The position numbers and the translations under genes were made by a program. Under the pieces are notes generated by a model, which saw only the letters and a list, made by a program, of their open reading frames with translations, was not told the origin of the DNA and made no database searches. Source: Candidatus Wukongarchaeum yapensis (GTDB lineage: Archaea; Asgardarchaeota; Wukongarchaeia; Wukongarchaeales; Wukongarchaeaceae). Taken from it: a stretch of DNA of 20,370 bases. Numbering within the stretch: the stretch's first letter is position 1; each line of letters opens with the position of its first letter. This document shows positions 15,871 to 20,370 of this stretch, piece after piece. The stretch is from assembly GCA_016840425.1 (NCBI GenBank), contig JAEOSI010000017.1, positions 1-20,370 on the forward strand. The letters run 5' to 3'.

Positions 15871-18249
15871 GTGAAAGTCGGAGTTTTTGTTTGTCATTGT
15901 GGGTTTAACATTGCGAGCACGGTTGATATAAACGAAGTTGTTTCAGAGTTAAAGAAGGATCCTGAGCTTTTATGTTTTGATCATGATTATGTTTGCTCAG
16001 CTGGTGGTTTAGGGTTGATCAAGGAAAAGATTTTGGAGGAAACGCTTGAAAGGGTTGTTGTTGCGAGTTGCACTCCAAAACTTCATGAATTCCTTTTTAG
16101 ACAAACTTTAGAGAAGGCTGGTTTAAATCCTTATTTTCTTGAGGTTGCCAATATAAGGGAGCAGTGTAGTTGGGTTCATTTTGATGACCCTAAGAGGGCT
16201 ACAAGAAAGGCTATAGTTCTTATAAAAATGGCTGTGGAGAAGGTTAAGCTTCAGTCGTCTTTAAGTGTTAGAAAGGTTCCTGTTGAGCAAAGTGTTTTAG
16301 TGGTTGGTGGGGGTGTTGCAGGGATAACTGCAGCTTTAAATGTGGCTGATGCCGGGCTTAAGGTTTATTTGGTTGAAAGAGAGCCCAGTATTGGGGGTCA
16401 TATGGCTCAATTTGATAAAACGTTTCCTACGATGGATTGTTCGATATGTATCCTTGCCCCTTTAATGGTTAGGGTTTATGAACACCAAAACATCACTTTG
16501 TTGACTAATTCCGAAGTTTTGCAAGTGAATGGGTCTGTTGGTAAGTTTGAAGTAGAGGTTTTGAAGTATCCTCGTTATGTTGATGAAGAAAAATGTAGTC
16601 AATGCTATCAGATATGTACTGATCCTTGTCCTATAGAGGTTCCTAATGAGTTTGATTTGAATATGTCAAAAAGGAAGGCGATATATGTTCCGTTCCCTCA
16701 AGCGGTACCTTTGGTTCCTTTGATAGATGAGGAGAACTGTGTAGGTTGTAGGGCTTGTGAGCTTGTTTGCGACCTTGATGCGATAGACTTTGATCAAAAA
16801 CCAGAAAAACTGGCGTTGAAAGTCGGTGCAATAATAGTGGCTACGGGGTATGAGACTTATGATGCTAGCAAGAAAACTGAATATGGATATGGTAAGTATC
16901 AGAATGTTATCACGTCCATTGAACTTGAACGTATGCTCACGCCTTTTGGTCCTACAGAAGGTAATGTGATTCGCCCTACTGATGGAGAATATCCGAAAAA
17001 CGTTGTTTTTGTCCAATGTGTCGGTAGTCGTGATGAAGAAACTCCTTATTGTTCTAGGGTTTGTTGTTCTTACGCTATAAAACAGGCTCAAGAGATCAAG
17101 GAGAGGATTCCTGGAGTTGAAGTTTACATATTCTACCAAGATATTCGTACTTTTGGCAAGGGGCAGGAGGAAGCGTTTAGAAAAGCGCTTGATGAGTATC
17201 GTATAAGGTTTATTCGAGGAAGGGTTAGTAAAATAATCGAGGATAATAAGAGTAAAAGTTTGTATGTTCTTGCTGAAGATACGTTGGTTGGGCGTCCTGT
17301 GGAGGTTTTTGCGGGCTTAGTTGTTTTATCTGTGGGGCTTCAACCGCCAAAGGGTACTGATAAAATTGCTTCTCTATTAAAGGTGAGTAGAAGCGTAGAA
17401 GGTTTTTTGTTAGAGGCCCATCCTAAGTTAAAACCTGTTGAAACCCACAAAGCGGGGATATTCTTAGCTGGGTGTATTCACGGTCCAAAAGATATCCAAG
17501 ATACTGTTTCCCATGCGGGGGCTGCGGCCTCTAAGGCTATAAGTTTACTTATAGGAGGAGAGATCACCGTTGAAAAAATTACCCCTGTGATCAGTTTAGA
17601 AGACTGTATTAAGTGTGGTTTATGCGAAAAGGCTTGTGATTTTGGGGCTATTATTGTGACGAAAGGGGGAGCTCAGGTTAATGAAGCTGCTTGTTTTGGG
17701 TGTGGCGCTTGTGCTGCGACCTGCCCAACTTCCGCCATAGATATGCCCATTTCAAAAGACGCTCAAGTGTTGGCACAAATCGATGCCGCTATTAAAGAGA
17801 AGTGGGAGTTTCCGTTGATAATCGGTTTTTTATGTAATTGGTGTGGTTATAATGCTGCAGATATAGCAGGGGTAGGTAAACAAAAGTATCAGCCTAACAT
17901 GTTACCGATTAGACTTTCATGTTCTGCTAGTGTTGACCCTTCTTATGTTTTTCACGCCCTTTTTAAAGGGGCTGACGGTGTATTAATCGCTGGATGTTAT
18001 CCGCAAGACTGCTATTATAGTACGGGTTTCAAGAAGGCAAAACAAAGGGTTTCAATCATAAAATCAACGTTAAACGAGTTAGGTATTAGCAAGGAGAGGG
18101 TTCACATTATTAGTTCGAGCGCTTCGGAAGGAAAGAAATTTGCGAAGGAGGTTGATGAGTTTATAAAAAAGATAGAAAAGCTTGGCATAATGGGGACAGA
18201 ACTAGAGAGTGAAATTATGAGCATAAAAGTTTCTAAAGAGGAGGAATGA
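15871..18249 (+). CDS. hdrA: Heterodisulfide reductase subunit A fused to C-terminal MvhD/HdrF [2Fe-2S] domain
   Basis: VGVFVCHCG, ANIREQCSWVH, VGGGVAG (FAD), DKTFPTMDCSICILAP, ITSIELERM, QCVGSRD, YCSRVCCSYAIKQA and GPKDIQDTV motifs; inserted and C-terminal 2x[4Fe-4S] domains. MvhD-like IIGFLCNWCGYNAADIAG...GADGVLIAGC...DC from about 17812. Confidence 0.95.
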   Translation: MKVGVFVCHCGFNIASTVDINEVVSELKKDPELLCFDHDYVCSAGGLGLIKEKILEETLERVVVASCTPKLHEFLFRQTLEKAGLNPYFLEVANIREQCSWVHFDDPKRATRKAIVLIKMAVEKVKLQSSLSVRKVPVEQSVLVVGGGVAGITAALNVADAGLKVYLVEREPSIGGHMAQFDKTFPTMDCSICILAPLMVRVYEHQNITLLTNSEVLQVNGSVGKFEVEVLKYPRYVDEEKCSQCYQICTDPCPIEVPNEFDLNMSKRKAIYVPFPQAVPLVPLIDEENCVGCRACELVCDLDAIDFDQKPEKLALKVGAIIVATGYETYDASKKTEYGYGKYQNVITSIELERMLTPFGPTEGNVIRPTDGEYPKNVVFVQCVGSRDEETPYCSRVCCSYAIKQAQEIKERIPGVEVYIFYQDIRTFGKGQEEAFRKALDEYRIRFIRGRVSKIIEDNKSKSLYVLAEDTLVGRPVEVFAGLVVLSVGLQPPKGTDKIASLLKVSRSVEGFLLEAHPKLKPVETHKAGIFLAGCIHGPKDIQDTVSHAGAAASKAISLLIGGEITVEKITPVISLEDCIKCGLCEKACDFGAIIVTKGGAQVNEAACFGCGACAATCPTSAIDMPISKDAQVLAQIDAAIKEKWEFPLIIGFLCNWCGYNAADIAGVGKQKYQPNMLPIRLSCSASVDPSYVFHALFKGADGVLIAGCYPQDCYYSTGFKKAKQRVSIIKSTLNELGISKERVHIISSSASEGKKFAKEVDEFIKKIEKLGIMGTELESEIMSIKVSKEEE

Positions 18250-18255
18250 AATGCT

Positions 18256-19590
18256 TTGACAGTGTTTGAGCAAGTTACTCGAAATTTTGACGTTATTGAT
18301 ACAAACTTTTTGCTTACGTGGAAGGTCAGAAAAAAGGATAAAAGCCTCCTTTATTTTAGTGAAAAATGTGTAGGTTGCCAGCTTTGCCAAGAGATTTGCC
18401 CTGTTTCAGCCATAGAATATGGACCGATACCGCAAATCGCTACGGGGGAAATAGAAGCCCCTTATATATTGATCGATTTAGACAAGTGTATTTTTTGTGG
18501 TTTGTGTGCGGTTGTTTGCCCGACTCATGCCCTATTATTTGCTTTTAATAAGAAACAGATCGATTTATTAAACGATTATCCAAAGATTTCAGGCCGGATA
18601 GAGATCAGTGATGAATGTATCCCTTGTAAATTATGCGACCTTGTTTGTCCAACCAAGGCGTTTAAATTAGAGTTGGAGGTTGAAAAAAAGGAAAATCTTG
18701 TAACGTATGAGGAAGAGATACCGCCTGAAAAGGTAGAGGGAGCTATAATCATAGATAAAGAAAAGTGTACTTATTGTGGTCTTTGTGAGGAACTTTGTGA
18801 AGCGATTAAGATTACGTGGGTTGAGCCTTCAGGGGAGTTTCTCAGGCCTGGTATTGATATTATTGTAGATGAGGATAGGTGTGATTACTGTAATTTATGT
18901 GCAGAGTTATGTCCATCCGAAGCCGTAAAAGTCGAATGTAAAACCCCTCTTGAGAGGACAGTTAGAGAACCGAATATTAGGGGTTCGCTTGTTTTGAATG
19001 AGGATAAATGCATTTACTGTGGTTGGTGTGCTTTTGTGTGCCCTGTAGAAGCCGTTAAGTATGAGAAGCCTTTTGAAGGAGAGGTAACGGTTTCAAATCT
19101 TGAAAAATGTGACCCTGTTGGGTGCAATGCTTGTATAAAGATCTGTCCTACAAACGCTTGGTATATCCCGAAACGTTCCTTGGAAGATGAAGTAACAGAA
19201 AAAATCGCGGTGAACAAGGATCTTTGCGTTTTTTGTGGTGCCTGTCAAAATTCTTGTCCTGAAAACTTGATAACGGTCACAAGAAAAGAGATACATGTAG
19301 AAGAAGAAATTCCACATAGACCTTGGACAACATCATGGAAAAGAGATTTAAACAGATTGATAAATGTTCCTTTGCCCGTCAAAAACTTTAGAGAGATAAG
19401 CTTAAAGCCGGTAGAGCCTGTTGAAGAACTGCCAAGCCCCATAACTCCTATACAGAAAATTTCAGAAAATATGCAAAATCTTCTCGAAGAAAAGGCAAAA
19501 ATCATAGAAGAACGCTTAGAAACTCCAAAATTTAGGAGGCTTCTTGAGGGGTTTACCAGTCGTAAACCAAATTCCTCCTCTAAACCCTAA
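18256..19590 (+). CDS. fwdF: Polyferredoxin with eight [4Fe-4S] motifs, FwdF-like
   Basis: Eight Cys motifs counted: CVGCQLCQEICP, CIFCGLCAVVCP, CIPCKLCDLVCP, CTYCGLCEELCE, CDYCNLCAELCP, CIYCGWCAFVCP, CDPVGCNACIKICP and CVFCGACQNSCP. FwdF-like linkers (GPIPQIATG, KPFEGEV). Starts 6 nt after the hdrA stop. Confidence 0.88.
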   Translation: MTVFEQVTRNFDVIDTNFLLTWKVRKKDKSLLYFSEKCVGCQLCQEICPVSAIEYGPIPQIATGEIEAPYILIDLDKCIFCGLCAVVCPTHALLFAFNKKQIDLLNDYPKISGRIEISDECIPCKLCDLVCPTKAFKLELEVEKKENLVTYEEEIPPEKVEGAIIIDKEKCTYCGLCEELCEAIKITWVEPSGEFLRPGIDIIVDEDRCDYCNLCAELCPSEAVKVECKTPLERTVREPNIRGSLVLNEDKCIYCGWCAFVCPVEAVKYEKPFEGEVTVSNLEKCDPVGCNACIKICPTNAWYIPKRSLEDEVTEKIAVNKDLCVFCGACQNSCPENLITVTRKEIHVEEEIPHRPWTTSWKRDLNRLINVPLPVKNFREISLKPVEPVEELPSPITPIQKISENMQNLLEEKAKIIEERLETPKFRRLLEGFTSRKPNSSSKP

Positions 19591-19626
19591 AAAACGAAAA
19601 AGAATAGAATACTATTAAAAGAGGGG

Positions 19627-20022
19627 TTAGGAAGGGATTATAGGGGTTATTTTTTCCGTGGTTCGTTTTATGGTGGCTTTTATGTTTTTATAACGGGGTA
19701 TGCTACTTCCTTCAGGGGGTCCTGTGAGAAGGTTGGCCCAAGGACCTTTGGGTATTGCTATTACTCCTTTTTGAACCCCGTTTTCTTTTACTGCTCTAAC
19801 TACAACTAAACCGTAATTTGTCATTATTTTAACTCTGTCTCCTTCTTTTAAATTCAACACCTTGAAGTCTTCTTCGCTTATTTTACACAAAGCCATTGTT
19901 TCAACATATTCCTCGCTATTTTCAGCAAAGTTTTCCCTAGCCCCTTGTTCCGCTGTCCTTATAGTGATTAAAACGACATCTATCTCAATCTCTCCTAAAA
20001 GCGACCTATCAACTAAAGACAT
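19627..20022 (-). CDS. fwdD: Formylmethanofuran dehydrogenase subunit D-like (molybdopterin dinucleotide-binding domain)
   Basis: LITIRTAEQG, LNLKEGDRVKIMTNYGLVVVRA, GVIAIPKGPWAN and PRYKNI match the FwdD pattern. Confidence 0.88.
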   Translation of the reverse strand: MSLVDRSLLGEIEIDVVLITIRTAEQGARENFAENSEEYVETMALCKISEEDFKVLNLKEGDRVKIMTNYGLVVVRAVKENGVQKGVIAIPKGPWANLLTGPPEGSSIPRYKNIKATIKRTTEKITPIIPS

Positions 20023-20232
20023 AAAAAAACACCATCAAACAAAGCGCCTTAAATGTTGATATGACAGTTTTTACCCTATTTTTAGGGATTTTGTTTAGTT
20101 TTTTGAAAGGTTTAATTTATTAATTATGTATTTTGAAATACTCTTGTTTTTATGTTTTTAGTTTTACTTTTCGTTTGTTTTATAATAGTTGGTTAAAAGT
20201 ATTCTTTTAAGCAGGTTTATAGGGGTTATTTT

Positions 20233-20370
20233 TTGTCCGATTATTTGGATTTTGATAAGCTGGCTGAGAATGCAAGTAGTTGGGAGTGGGCTTTTTACGA
20301 TAAGATTAGGAAGAGGAATATTTTTGCATCTTTTAATTTTACAAAGTGTTATCAGTGTGGTAAGTGTGTA
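20233..20370 (+). CDS. hdrC: 5' part of an HdrC-like Fe-S protein, running off the window end (not in the ORF track)
   Basis: Frame 1 from TTG 20233 (AGGGGT 6 nt upstream) reads MSDYLDFDKLAENASSWEWAFYDKIRKRNIFASFNFTKCYQCGKCV. CYQCGKC is the typical first cluster motif of HdrC. Other GlpC/HdrD-like Fe-S proteins cannot be excluded from 46 codons. Confidence 0.7.
   Translation, partial: MSDYLDFDKLAENASSWEWAFYDKIRKRNIFASFNFTKCYQCGKCV

Noticed and set aside
13508-18249. Selenocysteine recoding in FwdB, HdrA or MvhD
   Set aside because: The positions that can be Sec in homologues are Cys codons here, the ORFs have no in-frame TGA, and no SECIS was identified.
1770-20059. Remaining short ORFs (60-160 aa) in the six-frame track
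   Set aside because: They lie inside or antisense to well-supported genes, or mostly overlap them, and show no motifs. The two plus-strand ORFs at 10175-10451 lack an RBS and have low-complexity translations.
1-20370. CRISPR arrays, tRNA/rRNA, IS elements, integrases, defence systems
   Set aside because: No regularly spaced repeats, RNA-gene signatures, terminal inverted repeats or transposase/integrase motifs were seen by eye. tRNAscan-SE and Infernal were not run.

Overview
Archaeal DNA, most likely from an Asgard archaeon. This is an inference from a membrane-anchored longin-like domain, archaeal GGAG/GGTGA ribosome-binding sites and archaeal Wood-Ljungdahl/Hdr genes. The left 5 kb holds two coupled cell-surface genes: a six-Ig-like-repeat protein, and a single-pass receptor-like protein with a cytoplasmic longin-like domain. 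The rest is an anaerobic redox cluster. It contains an LctBCD-like operon (D-2-hydroxyacid dehydrogenase, EtfB, ferredoxin-fused EtfA), a PflA-like radical SAM enzyme, a stand-alone CdhE/AcsC, a SAM methyltransferase, a hypothetical protein, scattered fwdB, fwdG, fwdF and fwdD (no fwdA or fwdC in the window), an HdrA-MvhD fusion directly followed by fwdF, and the 5' end of an hdrC-like gene that the ORF track missed. The most notable points are the transmembrane-longin architecture, an Arg-to-Ile change at the conserved FwdB active-site motif, the hdrA-mvhD-fwdF coupling, and a G+T/A+C skew that flips at most intergenic spacers regardless of gene orientation. No rRNA, tRNA, CRISPR array or intact mobile element was seen. 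All family calls are by eye from motifs; no database search was run.
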